Origin: Girardia tigrina | Taxonomy: Eukaryota | Direction of reading: 5' to 3' | Assembly (NCBI GenBank): GCA_001938485.1 | Contig: MQRK01235601.1 | Coordinates: 1-64,000, forward strand | Length of the DNA stretch: 64,000 nt | In this document: positions 50,449 to 64,000 of the stretch, one piece after another | How the letters are laid out: every line of letters starts with the position of its first letter | How positions within the stretch are numbered: the stretch's first letter is position 1 | Notes under the pieces: generated by a model | Told to the model about the DNA's origin: nothing | Databases searched by the model: none | Seen by the model: only the letters and a program-made list of their open reading frames with translations | Position numbers and translations under genes: made by a program

Positions 50449-50924
50449 CAGTGCTCGAAGTGGAAAAAAATAAGTGCCGGTATGCGAAAACCGGCCATAC
50501 AGTGATTTTGCTCCTCCGCTGCCCAACGCCAACACCCTGGCGTCAACTCCCACGCCCCCTCCCGATTTTTTAATATATTTAAAAAAAACAGTGGTTTCTT
50601 TTCATTTCCGCTCACCCAAAATTGTATACAACCCCCACATATTAAGTAGCAGACTGCATTGCTCTATCTACAGTGCACACACTCGTGTGTGAGGTTTGTG
50701 TATATACAGCAGTTGAGGTGAGTCGGAAGCGTAGCCCTATAATTCATTCCTTAATAAATGCTTTCCAATTTTTAAGCCTTAGGAAAAACAAGTGCCGGTA
50801 TGAGCCGGTATTCCCCTTAAAAATCATACTGCCTTAAAATCAAATAAGTGCCGGTATATCATACCGCCTCGAAAACAAGTGGCGGTATGGAATACCGGCA
50901 CATCCCGGCTCACTTCGAGTCCTG
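50449..50924. mobile_element. Non-autonomous hAT element
   Basis: TIRs CAGTGCTCGAAGTG / CACTTCGAGTCCTG; perfect 8-bp TSD GGTTTGAG (50441-50448, 50925-50932); subterminal AAGTGCCGGTAT repeats. Confidence 0.95.
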
Positions 50925-51715
50925 GGTTTGAGACTGGTAACATTTAGTATAATAACACAGTGTAAGACAACTACAAAACAATAAAATACATTTTGTTTTT
51001 AATTTTTTCGTTATAATATTAGTTTTAGAATATTGTTTTTATTAGTAAAAAAATAAATGAAAATACAAAAACTGATGTATTTTTATTATAAATATTATAA
51101 TTTATTTTCATCAATTAGAAGTTACAGAAAGAAAATGATTATATTAAGGATTATGAAGAAAACATTAAAAAGAAAATTATAAAAATTACAATTTCCTGAA
51201 ACTGTTTTAAATAAAACAAGAGATAATTTTAAAATTAAAATTTTATTTAAGTATTTTAATTTTGAAAATATAAACAGTCCAGACAAAAATGGGAAGATAA
51301 ACAAACGAATAATTTTGTTTTGTAAACACTTTCTTATTTTATTAATAGAATTTCTTATTTTAACAAAATTATTAGTTTATATAAAACGTGCTCAGAAATT
51401 ATAATTTAGAAAAAAATAAAGTTTTTATGATCAAAAGAATGATCGGACCAAGAAACAAATAAACGTCTAGACTAAAAGCTAGGACGATCTCTGGAAATGA
51501 TCTTTTGATGAGTTTGGGTATTATAATAGGGTTTTCTTTAAGGGTTTTTCGAGCTATTTCATAATTTTTGTAATCAATTTAATAAAAAATTTAAGCACAA
51601 ATTGTTTTATACATAAAATATATAAATGCAAAATTATTGCTGAAAACATTGTGTAAAAATAAAGTGACGACTTTTTAAATATATTTTTTACATATAATCA
51701 CTTTGATAAATAAAC

Positions 51716-52510
51716 TTAATCTTTTATCACTTGTCCCATCTCAGCCTTTTGAAGATAACCAAGCATTTTTCGGTAGAATGCACAGCAATTTTAGGTTGAT
51801 ATTTCATTGAACTTTTCAACTACAAATCTTGGAAGTTCTACATTATTTCGAGCACAATCTCAAATAAAGTTATTCTTCCATACAGAAAATGTGTTCTCAA
51901 TAGAGTAGCAGATCCGTGTGATAATGATAAATTAAAGTATAATCCATGATAAATTTTGGGTTTTCAATACATTTGATAATGCTGCACTCTTTATTTTCTT
52001 TAATACATTGTTTAAAGTTTTTGCCATTATCGGTTCTTTCAAATATGAGATTATAAATCATGTCATATTTATTCACTACCGTGAGGACAGAAATAATACG
52101 ACTTCTAGCCGCCGAAAATGTCCAATAGGTGGGTTCATCTCGTCGACTTCTACCTCGATTTGGACGAGTAACACCAGTAAAGCCAACTTAGTCCAAAAAT
52201 ATAAAGTTTTTATCATCATTAGTAACTCGAAGTTTATCAGCATACTGTTTTGAGCCTTGTTCTGTTCACTATACCATTGAAGGTTTGATTATTCATCGAA
52301 GATATTTCTAACCGAAAATCCTTCTAGCAAATTGGCGACTTTGAGTTCTCTGTCTATTTCTGAGACCCCATGACTTTCAGTGTGTTGAAAGATTTTGATA
52401 ACTTTGATTTTTTGTGTTTTGGTTTTCAATTTCCTTTCTAAAATTGAATTTTCTTCACCAACTTCAACAAGAGTTATGTTCTGTATCCCTCTTAAGCTCA
52501 TAATCTTCAT
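51716..52510 (-). pseudogene. IS630/Tc1-like DDE transposase pseudogene
   Basis: NFIFLD*VGFTGVTRPNRGRS...ARSRIISV...NGKNF; KFIMD; IENTFSVWKN; many lesions. Confidence 0.8.
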
Positions 52511-54663
52511 TTGTTAGGTTTATTTAATTGATTTATTTACATTTACTTATTAATTATTAATTTTATATTTTATAACAAAATATAAATAAAATTTTATTAT
52601 AAAATTTTTTTTTCATTTTTCAAAATTAAATCAATAATTTTATTCATATGAAAATATAATTTTAATTTAGGATTTTTAAGAATCCCTATATATTAACCTT
52701 TTTTTCAAATTATATAATACATTTTATTCATACACGTAAAACTGTGATAATTGTAACAATCATTTTAAAAATATAAATTTAATAAGAAAAGCAATTTAAA
52801 ATAAATATTTTAAATCAGAGTAAAAATATGAATTATGAGACTTTGTTTTGTGAAAACTTTTATTTCTTTAACATTTTAATGTCATACAATTAAAAACTTA
52901 TAAAATATGAAGAACAGCTTTGTGAATGTAAAAATTGGTTAACAAACGAATAACCTTAAGATAAATAAATAAAATTCAAGAATTTTTAACTGATTATTAA
53001 AATTGAAAATCTAAAAAAATAATTGAAAAACATAACTTTTTCATTCTTTATCAATATTATTTCCAAAGCAAACTAGCCTGAAACTATCATATTGAAAGGG
53101 GTTAACATGCTTCTTGAACATTTTAATAACTTGGAAATGTTACATATAAGACTAAATATTTACCAACCATCATAAAAACTGGATCAAAATTTTAAATTAA
53201 GTTATCCTGAGAGGAAAAGAAATTAAATGTTTATTTAAGAGATGACAATATTCAACTTAAAAATACAAGGGAGATCTTTCAATCGAAGTCTGCAGCAGTT
53301 TGACATCACAGGGAAGGAGGTTTCGTCTTTATCCTTCCATTTCAATAGCAAAAATATATAATTGGGATGATTTGTGTGACCCATATTCTAAGAAAGGATT
53401 AATAATAAATATGATTAAGCTTGGTACGCCCAGAAAGACACAAAAAACTGTTTATCAATTCAACTTTATAAAATAAAATATATAAATTCTTAATTATTTG
53501 AAGAAATTATAAGATTTTATTTTACTTTTTCTCAATAAATAATAATTATTTATATTATATTATGAGAACTTAGTTAAGATTTTCATTTTACCTGATAATT
53601 TAGGATTTTTTAGTTCGAAAATTTTTAAAAAATTTTAAAAAAAATTTTAAAAAATTTTTAATGCTTAAAAAAAGTTAAAAAGGATTTTTTGAAAACAATC
53701 AAAAATTAAATTATTATATAAAACTAAAAAAATGTTTATATAAAGGACAATTGATATATTTTAATAGTAAAATAATTATTAAAAGTTTAAAATAAAAATT
53801 ATAAAATAAATAATGAACGGATTAAAATTTATAATATTTTTTTTAAATAAGTGCTTTTTTATAAATTAAAATTTAATAGTTTTAAGATTAAAAATTTATA
53901 AATACTATTTAAAAATAAATTTTATAATTAAAAGGTAAATTTTACAAATTAAAATGAAAAAAAAATCGATAAATGGAATTTTTAGGAAATGATTAAATTT
54001 ACGATAAATTTGTTTATATGTTTATTATATTTGTATATTATTGTCATTAATAATTTTTAATGGTGAATATGAATTGAAACTTGCTGAGGATGAAAGTGGC
54101 TTAAACGCTACTGATACATAACTCTGTTTCTTATTTAAATGTGAAATCTTTAATATCATTTATTTCATATCATTAATCTTTTATTACCTTAAGTAAACGA
54201 ATTACTCCGAAAAGGAAATATTTTTTAAAGTACAAAAATAAATTTTTTATCATTTAATACTCAGTAAATTTTCTTTTAGCACGATGCGATACCAAATGAA
54301 TAATATTATAATAACATATTGAAGCATCAATGATCATTTTGCTTGATTTTGCATGACATTGTCCACTAAGAACTAAATATGTTCAATAAGCGTAATGTCT
54401 AAAGATTAGACAGTCCATAAGGAACAAAAAATTTCCGTTTAGGCGTTGGCAAATTGGGTAAGATAATGAGAAATGCTTGCTTGGATGATGTAAAGGAAAG
54501 GCTGCTAAAGTAGAAATCCTTAACATAGCTGCGGCTGGTATCTTACGAAGAATCAAATTGCTAATTTTACATAAAGCAAGATTTTTCTTTTTTTCTGGTG
54601 AATGTCCCACCCCTAAGAACAAATCCAATTTAATTGCTAAAGAAAAAGTGTGTCAATAAGTAC

Positions 54664-55151
54664 CTTGGATAGTACAAGACCGCTGGTTTCATAAGGATTC
54701 ATATTCAGATGAATCATCATGAAACTCCAACATCCAACGCCCAGAGAGAAGAAAACTTGGAAGAAGAGAACGAGGAAGAGCCGACATCAAACCAATCCAA
54801 TCCTCAGTTTCCGGACGCAACTGTGAGTATGCCAAGGATACAGCCGAACGACGATGCCGAAGAGACGCACCTACAATACCGACTACCAGCCGATTACAAG
54901 ACTGCAAGAGGACAATTCAAGTGCCCATTTCGAGGTTGTTACGCGTTCACCGTAACAGCCAACCGTACGACTATGATACCAAGTTCCATGGTTGGTCGTT
55001 CGTTACTGGCAAGACGACTGCTCAGAGGCGGAAGGCCACTGACCCGTAGGAGGCCTATCGGGGGGCCCTTAAGGACTTTAGTTTGGGTGGATCCTCTAAA
55101 GAGCCTTAGGCTCAATACCATTACAGAGATGGGAGGCCCATCTTGGATAGT
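54664..55151 (+). mobile_element. GC-rich island with acidic N-terminus and partial zinc finger; possible fragment of a non-LTR retrotransposon
   Basis: ORF 54709-55161 with FKCPFRGC; hairpin-rich distal part; bounded by the direct repeat CTTGGATAGT. Confidence 0.4.
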
Positions 55152-56801
55152 TGTCAAATGAACCAATATCAGAAGAAAATGAGGGGATTTATTTCTAAAG
55201 AAACAGCTGGTCAAACATGGTACGCCATTGTAAATTATAGATTTTAAAACTTATCAACTAAGCAATGGCTGAAGATCAGAAAATGTTAATTTACTCACTA
55301 TCTGATTCTTCCATCATTGTTAGGTAGTTTTTCTTTCATTTTTTATGAGTGTTCATTTACTTACTTCACTTACTTAAATTGTACTTTATTGTATGAGGAT
55401 ATCAGTAGCAAAATGAGGGATATACTATATGCTTTTTTATAGTTTCCAACATGTTTTTACGTTTCCGATGTATTCTAAAAACAGAGATGTAGAATTTAAA
55501 CATTACATTTACGTAAACAATTTTTTAAAGATGTTTATAAATTTTATATTTCTACTAAATAAAAGAAATTGAAAACATAAAAGTGTTTTTCCTGTAAAAA
55601 TAATTTTTAGAAGCTACACGTTTTGCTACTGAGCATTTTTATAAATATATAATATATTAATAGAAAATGAGAGAGAAAATTTGATTAAAATATTTTTAAA
55701 ATATAATTTATTTTTCTAGCAACCTCAGAGGCGCCGAAAACAGTTTGTTATGGGCGAATATCAGTGTTGAAACCGGCGGATACATTCACAATAGAGACGT
55801 AAGATTATATTGCCTCAATAATTTATAACAACATTTGTATTATGTTTTGTCATATATTTATTATTTATTTTAAAATATTATTTGATCAAAAAGCAAGTGA
55901 CAATAAATAAATTAAACATTTATATATTCGATAAAGTAAAAAATTATAAAATAATTATGACACTTTTTATTTATTGTTTTATTATTACAAAAGCCTTTTG
56001 TAATCAAACAATTCTCAATAGAATAAATAACATAAATATATTTTTTAATTAATTTGCATTTCTTTTTTAAAGACTATTTACAAAAATACTTCAGTATACA
56101 AATGGCTTTTAAAATATTATGTGGTATTTTAAATAAATTATAGACAAAATATTATTTTATATATATATATATATATTATACATAAATAAAAATATTTATT
56201 TTAAAAATTTTTTTTTAATTTATTGTTTTTTATTAATATTGTGTTTATTTTATAAATTCATTCTTTGATTTGCAATAATACATTACTACAATATCTGCCT
56301 TACATTAATAGACAATAAATTTTATATGATTATTACTACGATAGGAAGTAAAATGTAATTGAACTCTATTTGTTACGGAAATAAATTTATTACTTTAAAT
56401 ATACTGATCATTTCTTTTGCATTGAACGAAATGTGTACACTTTATTGACACTTAATAAATTAGTTTATTGTTATATCATACATTATATGACATCAATATA
56501 ACAATATTAATAAAATGTGTTAATAAAATTATAAAGTTCCATAAGTAATTATAAGTTATATACAAGTAGTCCTAGGTTACAGCCGGAATTCTGTTGTTAC
56601 AAAAGCCGGCACAAATCAAACTAACGTTCAATTTATTGAAATTTTATTTGAGGTAAATGTTATCAGAATATCCGTAAAGTCTTACGGTCCAATACTCTCG
56701 TCCCAAAGCTGAATTAATATGATTTCGTACAATGTTTGGGTTCACGTTTTTGCATCTAACTGAAGCAGGACATATAAATGTTGTAACATCAGCTCGTTCT
56801 A

Positions 56802-58080
56802 ATAGGGTAATTCAAAAGTTTTTTTCTGTTTTCTATGCCTTAAATTGTGACAGTTATTTTATATGGATATTCTATTTTGGAATTATTGATTTTTATATTA
56901 TTTATTATGGTATTACATGACAAATCTCCCGGTATAGTGTTGGTTTATTCATTATACGTTTGTTTGTTTATTTTAATCAGGTTATGGAGAGCAAAAAAAT
57001 ACGGAATACGAGTCATTTTGCGACATTACTGGAAAAGAGGCTTCAAAGCAGCTGCTGCAGCGCGGGAAATATGTGAAATAGAAGGCAAAAGTACGATCAG
57101 TGTTCGTGTGTCACAATTGTGGTTCAAGCGTTTCTCAAGTAGTGACGTCAATTCGGAAGATTAACCTCCTCTGGGCGACCATCTGTTGTTGATGATGACA
57201 CTCTACGTCAAGCTTTGGAGAAGAGGTCCGTGTCAGGACGCGGAGATTATCAGCAGAGCTTGGTCATTCACAACCAACTATTCAACGTCATCTTCAGCAG
57301 CTTGGCCTTGTCAGTAGACGGTCTCGACTAATTCCTCCCGAATCGACAGCCTCTAAAGCACAGCAACGACTTTATCTTTGCAAAGAATTGCTTGCTCACC
57401 CCATGACTTGCGCTCCTTCAGAATGATCGTGACGTGAGATGAAAAGTGGATATTTTTCTTTAATACCAATAAGGAGAATCAATTTCTCTACCCTGGTATG
57501 CTCGCCCAACCCGTGATTAAACAAGGAAGCTTCGATTGCAAAGTTATGCTCTGTTTATAGTGGAATTTCAAGGAGGTGATCCACTTTGAGCTGGTTCCGG
57601 AGGGAGTACTGTGAATGCTAATCTCTATACTAAGCAACTGGATAGAGTCTATACCATTTTCTGTGAGCGTTACCCAGCATTGGTCAATTGCAACCGAGTT
57701 TTTCTACAACAAGACAACACTCCGGCACCCACTGCACGTTTGACTCGTGGTAAAGTACAAGTGCTGCAGGGGAAAAAAGTTTTGCCACACACTGCCTACA
57801 GCACTAACCTTGCCCTCAGCGACTACTAATTCTTTCGGACAATAGTGCATTTTCTCAAGGGGCGGCAGTTTAATTTAGTAGAAGAGGTTTAAACAAGGAT
57901 GCCACGATTTCTTTGCTTCCGAAACGACAGGGTGGTATATCCATGGAATCCAGAAAATGGCTAAAAGATGGTTGAAGACCATCGAAAATAAAGGCCTGTG
58001 TTTCGAAGTTCTGTACTTCGTATTCTGTTTACATGCCTTATCATCTTGAAAATATGAAAAAAAACTTTTGAATCACCAAA
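56802..58080 (+). mobile_element. Mariner transposon, degraded copy B (same family as 23200-24411)
   Basis: TIRs TAGGGTAATTCAAAAG / CTTTTGAATCACC; AAAAREICEIEG..SQLWFKRF; IVT*DEKWIFF; LQQDNTPAPTA; HTAYSTNLALSDY. Confidence 0.92.
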
Positions 58081-59057
58081 GAATCAATTACTTTCAACAT
58101 TCGATCATCAGCTAATTTATACTTCTTTCAATTTTAACAGTAATGAACTTCCTCAAGAAATTTATCATTTCAGTAATTCTTCTCATTTTTGAACCCTGCT
58201 CAATCCCTTTATAATCTTCAGGATTCCGTACCCATTTTTCTGTTAGAAGCTATTGCAAAGCTATTTCATTTCACGAAATAATTTATTTAGAAAATTTACA
58301 TTTTAAGTAAAAATTTAAAGTGCAACTGAAAATAAAAAATAACAAAAAAAAATAATAAATTAATTTTTTTATTTGATATTTTTAAAATTAGATATCGAAA
58401 TTTAAAAAAGGTAATTTAAAACCACACAACAATGTAAGCTAGTTTTGATCACCATGAATTCAGACAATATTATAAGATCCATTATAAAGAATATGACCAA
58501 ATTTGAAAAGCAAGTTTAATAATCAACCCAGAAATATTCGACATCCTAAAAACATAACTTAAAATCTTGGGCCATCTAATCAAAAAGGTATGCAAGAAAG
58601 TTTTAAAAAAGTCCACTAATAAATAATTATTGTTTAGCTTTTCTAAACACTAATATGTTCTTATCTTTCCACAAAAACTCACAATATTCAAGATCACTAT
58701 TAAGAACACCAATTTGACTTTTTATATTTTTATTTAAACAACAATTTTGATTGTCCTCAAGACAATCTTTGTCAAAACTTTCGTACATTTGCATTCTAAA
58801 CTAAATTGATTAATGAATTAATTCTTATTATTTTTTTAGTAAATGGAGAAATATATATTTTATTAAAATATTTATTCAAAACTTATTGGATAATAATTAA
58901 AATAATTATTTATTATTTAAAAAATATTAATTTGATTTATTTATTAAATAATATAAAAATTAATTAACTTATTTAAAATTTTAAAATTATTTGAAATTAA
59001 AAATAAATTTAAACATAACATATTTTCAGATAATAAGAATTAAAATATTAATCATCC

Positions 59058-59137
59058 ATCTGGGTAGGAGAGACATGTTTCCAAATCAGCATACACCTTC
59101 AAACAACAAAACATCAAACATTAAAAATATTCATCAC
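59058..59137. repeat. Dispersed ~85-bp repeat, copy 3 (more diverged)
   Basis: ATCTGGGTAGGAGAGACA...AAAAATATTCATCAC. Confidence 0.7.
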
Positions 59138-59339
59138 TGTCACATAAACGTTTAAAGGGAATATTATTTTGGTTTTTTACAAATGATTTCTTTATTTATT
59201 CATTTTAGTGTCATAACAATATTTTTTTAATTTCAACCTACTTATTTTGTCTCTCAAAAGGTTTTCTAACAAAATAATTAATCAACTGTTTTCATATGTT
59301 TTGTAAGGTACTTTAAAGAATAGCTTCACTAGAACAGCA

Positions 59340-59810
59340 AAAATAGGCATAGTCCCATACTTCCTCAGCAACATTTAGCTCAACATATCTTCTTTTCTTA
59401 ATATCTTATCGACATGCACCAACATGGACAAGTGTCAGTCGATGATAAACAATATCCTTTTGCAGGCCATCAAACAGGAACCATAAAATTGGATAGCTAA
59501 AGTTGAAGATAGCATTAGGAACATTGTAAAAGCCCTCACAGCAGTTTTTGGTTTTTGTTGAACCGGAGAAGCATTTCTTCTGCATATACAAAATGCAATA
59601 TTTAATGAAGGATTTCTTCAACCTGAACCTTTAAAGTAAGGGGTATAAGTAGCTGAAGATGCACTGTAACCATGTTCATTATGAAACTTTAGCATAAGTT
59701 GTCTGTAGATATTGACAACATCATTTGTTGGAACAAATATAAGAGCAGTTAGTGATTTGATTTTGACTTTCACATCATGGCCAGAATTAAACTCAGTCTT
59801 CATTCCAACG
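59340..59810 (-). pseudogene. MULE (Mutator-like) transposase C-terminal remnant
   Basis: IKSLTALIFVPTNDV (L.AL.F.P..DV) and KTKNCCEGFYN...SYPILWFL..GLQKD (RTNN..EG.HN...HP..W). Confidence 0.7.
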
Positions 59811-60670
59811 GATCCAATAATCCTAAAAGGCTTTAGCCCAATTTACCCAGTTAGTTACCATTTTACTGGATCATTTTTATTTATTAGTTCAAAACAATAA
59901 TTTAAAATTTAATATATGAAAAATAACCTCAAGATGATGTGCACATTGAAATATTTATTATTCATTCACACAGAAAAATTCTAAACCCCAGGAACATGGT
60001 AAAAGATTTTTTATTGTCATGGGAGTCATCCGAGAATATTCAACCCCATATACTTTGTTCAGAGATGTTCTCCTTCTTCATGAAAAAAATATATTTTAAT
60101 ATATAAAGAATATTAAAAAAACTAACAATGAAAATCAGTTATTATTAATTTTATTTATTTTCCAATATAATTATATTGTAGTCAAAAAAAACTATATTTT
60201 TTTCTGGAATTTATTTATAACAATTTATATCAATTTATTTATATCCAAATGTATCGAATTTGCTTAAACAGCCAAGTAGTTCTTCGTTTATAGAATATTA
60301 GAAAATTATATAAAAATACTTCTGATATTTTTTCTAATTATCAAACATTTTTTTTGGTTTTAAGACAAAAAATTCTATTTGAGAACAAATATATTTTTGT
60401 AATTTCTATCTTATTAATAATTTATAAAAAAATATGGGGAAAATTGTTTTTTATTCTTATTTTGTTAATTTTTTTATGATAATATGAATAATATTTTCCT
60501 AATAAAATATTTCTTTGAAATAAATTTAGAAACAAATTTTTTCTTATTTATAAAATACAAATTTCTTCATAACAAATGTTAAACATACGGAAGCATGAGA
60601 GTATAACTTATAAATGTTTCCAACATCGGAAAATTAAATCTGGTTTTCCTATTCTCAAATCCTTTTTTGA

Positions 60671-60693
60671 GAACCCTAACCCTAACCCTAACC
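60671..60693 (+). repeat. Short interstitial (CCCTAA)3 telomere-type repeat
   Basis: AACCCTAACCCTAACCCTAACC. Confidence 0.8.
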
Positions 60694-61095
60694 ATTCTTT
60701 CAATTAAGTAAAAGCCTGTGTTTGAGAATGTAAAAGGTAAAATTAAAAAATTTTTAAAGTTTTTTTGTGAATGTGAATTGTAAAATTTTGAAAAATGAAA
60801 ATTAATTGAATTAAAAAAGTTTGAGTTTAGAAAATTTGTATTTTTGTTGATTTAGTTTTTTTTGTAATTAAAAAGAAAATGTAATTAAATTGAAAAATTA
60901 GAGTTTGGAAAATTTTTCTATTGGTTGAATTCATGTTTGTGAAAAACAAAAGTTATTATTATTATAATTATGTGAAAAAAATGTAAATTTGTGCATTGTT
61001 TGAATGCATTATTATAGATAGAGATTTTGATAACGAATAAAAAATTTACATAGAAATATCGATTTCTTTTCATTAGAATTATTAACTGAAATTTA

Positions 61096-61450
61096 ATGTC
61101 TAATTTAAAAGAACAGATAACTTTGCCATTTGACTATATTTTTAATGTGGATTATTTTATGAAGATATTCGAAGATAATCATGTAAGAATTCCCGATCAG
61201 AGATTGTGTATCAAAGAAATTGACAAAATTTCAGTACCTATTAAAAATTGTGAAGACGTTCATGATCAATGGAATGAATTAATGAGAATATTTCAAAATT
61301 GTGGAAAATCATCAACTGATAGAGATTTTTTTATTGGGGATTATGTTGACTGCGGTTCTTGTTCATTGGAAACAATATGTGTGTTGTTTGCTTATAAAAT
61401 TAAATATCGAAATAGAATATATTTATCCTGCAGAAGTCACGAATCTAAAA
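61096..61450 (+). pseudogene. Truncated, catalytically degenerate PPP-family (PP1-like) Ser/Thr phosphatase
   Basis: PIKNCEDVHDQWNELMRIF, FIGDYVDCG, SLETICVLFAYKIKY, CRSHE correspond to PP1 PLKICGDIHGQ, GDYVDRG, SLETICLLLAYKIKY, RGNHE. Confidence 0.85.
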
Positions 61451-63199
61451 CGAGAACAAGATACGACCGGTTGAGCTCTGGGCGAGCCTGCCGCACTCAA
61501 ACTGCCGCTCTGCGATCAGCCTAATCTCATCTGAATTAAAAAATGTCATAAAACTTACATTGTTAACCATTCCTTGATTTTAAGATTGAAAGAAGAAAGA
61601 TTTATTCTTATTAAAAAAATTATTTTTTTACCATTTACCAAAGTTTTTAATGGTATTTAAATAAATGGAAATTTGAACTTATAATATCAGGTATATGTCG
61701 AATATATATATTGAAACTTTCCAATTAAACTCCATCAATTTTTATGGAACGTACATAGACACATGTGGTCTCACCATAATGGAAGATCACATACTTTCCA
61801 TTACATAGCTTTAGTAGCTTTAGTTAATAATTTGAAAAGTGTTTGTAAAGGATTCCAGCACCCTAATCTTCGAAGCATTAACCTCGTTGGATCCCCATCA
61901 GCCTTTGATTTTTAAGTGAGTCTTTTTATTGTTCCATAAGTTAAGATTTTATAAACATATTACAATTTTCTTAAAAAATGGTTAGTTATTATTCCACTTT
62001 TTCTCGCCGCTCACTTGAAAGACCTTTAATTGTTGAGTAATTTCCCTATCCAGAATTACTTACTTCGATAAAACCCCTTTTTAAATCGTGTGCATTAAAC
62101 ATAATTCACATTTTATTTGGATTTATACTTCGTCTAAATTCAGAAAAAGTAGATTTCAAAATTTTCAGGGATCATCAGCATACACTAATCATTTGATTTG
62201 ATGTACAAATATATAAAGGTTCGTCAGCTCAAGAGCACCCTCAAATCATTATTATTTATCATTTTATCAAAGACAATGTTAAATAAACCAGATTCCATTA
62301 CACGATCTTATCTGAAATTTCCATTCATTTGGTGTTCACTATCGTTAATAGAGGTTGTGAAATACTCATAAAGGTGCTTTATCAAACTGAGTATCCTTTC
62401 CTAAAATCAATTCTTTTAGAAATTGCCAAAGAATGTATTTTTGAATTGATCCAACAGAATATTTATTCTCTTTCTTCTGATTTTTTGTTTCACTATATTA
62501 TTCCTATTTTAAATTATTTAGCCATTTAGCTTAAAAATAGAAATATCATCTGTCAATACTCTAAAATATATATTGTTTTATTCTAAATCTCTCCTGAGGT
62601 CCTGCTAGAATTTATGGGTACTAATTCTGGCAAGGCTTTTAATTATTAGTTTTATATCTCCATTTTAATTATCAGAGAGAAATAAGGAATTTACATAAAA
62701 AATAATAATCTGAACTAATATTTCAAGAATTTCATTCTGAAAGAAATGATATTTAATTATTCATAATTTCCCTTTATCTGTTTTTTTATCGTTTTATGAT
62801 TTATTTTTCCTCATCTCCGGTTAATTAAGCCCCAGATCAACATTCATAATGATCCATTAATAATTTATTATGAAATCAATTGTTTGTCAATTAATTTTTA
62901 TTAAATTAAAATTAATTTTTGATAAAAATAAAAATTGACTATTTTTTTTGAAAAATGAAAAACCTATTTTATAAAATTTCCACAAATATTTTTAATTCCC
63001 TCTATTATTGTTTTTCAATACTTATTTGTCCAAAAAAGCTTGCTTCAACCGATCTCCAGTTTGCCCCAAAGACCGGACATTGGTAGTGGTAAAGTGGTAG
63101 TGGTGGATTTGAAGCTCCGGCATTTCATTTTCCTTCTGAGTCTATTTTATTGTAGAGAGTAAATGTTTGTTCAGTGAATAAATAATTTTTCGTCTGAAA

Positions 63200-64000
63200 T
63201 TGTTAATTAAATAGTAATAGTAAATTCAGTAGATTTGCTTTACTGGATAATGGCTTTGAACTTCCAATAGATGAATCAATGATAATGGCACTGGTTCATC
63301 ATCAAAGTGATATCTTTAAAGAAGAAATTTGACAGGAGCTTGTGCAGAAGAGAAAAAAACTTGATGAATTTACTTCTTCGAAGAGCCGGAGATACATGAA
63401 TGTAGATGTTCATGAAAAGAACAATCATTATATTCTTGGAATGATAAGAATGTCAGGCTCCTTTCCAGCTGAAAAATGTCTTTCTATTCTTGAACATCGT
63501 TCGGTTGATTTTGGTCTTGACATTGAATCTTCCATTGTCTGTGCAGTATCTGATGGGGCATCAGTAATGAAAAAGCTAGGCCGCATAACATCATTTGAAC
63601 ATCAAATGTGCTATCCTCATGGCATTCATCTTGCAGTCTGTGATGTTTTTTATTCTCATGTAGCTCTCAGTCAAATGAAAGAGCACACAGATGATGAATC
63701 TGAGGACAATAAAGAGTTAAACTATAATGATAGCTTTAACATTGATGAGAATGATGTTGAAACTCCAAGCTTAGCTTATGAGCTTGACAGTGTTATAAAA
63801 AAGTTTGTTCACTAGTCAACTAATTCAGAAAAGTCCAGTAAAAAGCGGAATTCTTATGAAATATGTCAAACATGAGCTTGGAAAAGAATTTGCACTTTTA
63901 AAATATTGCAAGACAAAATAGAGCTCCATATTGACAATGGTCGAGTGATTTCTTTTCTTGCGAAAAGCAATTATCAAAGCTCTGGTTGACATATCAGTTG
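63200..64000 (+). pseudogene. hAT (Ac-like) transposase remnant running off the window end
   Basis: LDEFTS..RRYMNV..LGMIRM.GS.PAE; VSDGASVMKK; CYPHGIHLAVCDV; KSPVK; stops present. Confidence 0.88.

Noticed and set aside
54080-54115. CTGAGGATG motif suggesting a hammerhead
   Set aside because: No pairing stem II or GAAA follows.
61530-62700. Possible very old minus-strand Penelope remnant
   Set aside because: Only scattered two- or three-residue hints; cannot be supported by eye.
1-64000. CRISPR arrays, rRNA, tRNA or prokaryotic operons
   Set aside because: None seen; the sequence is eukaryotic repeat-rich DNA, and most short ORFs in the track are AT-rich noise or antisense shadows of TE genes.

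Overview
Very AT-rich eukaryotic (invertebrate-type) genomic DNA with N gaps and (AT)n microsatellites. The composition, ~50-nt AT-rich intron-like segments and TE spectrum resemble a planarian or similar genome; that is an inference only. I found no intact host gene. The window is a transposon graveyard: several degraded Ty3/Gypsy gag-pol remnants, hAT elements (Charlie/Buster, ZMYM/TTF-type, Ac-type, plus two MITEs with perfect 8-bp TSDs), Tc1/mariner copies, a MULE remnant, Penelope-like remnants with degenerate hammerhead motifs, a piggyBac-type MITE, and a truncated PP1-like phosphatase pseudogene. The main structure is a three-level nest with intact TSDs: Gypsy pol, interrupted by a hAT element, interrupted by a 2.1-kb TG...CA element. 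The innermost element, and a divergent relative at ~9.5-11.9 kb, encodes a conserved ~260-aa coiled-coil/basic protein that I do not recognise. It also carries a second small conserved reading frame, a doubled stem-loop motif and an opposite-strand splice acceptor. This is the best candidate here for an undescribed system: an LTR-borne antisense accessory-gene cassette.
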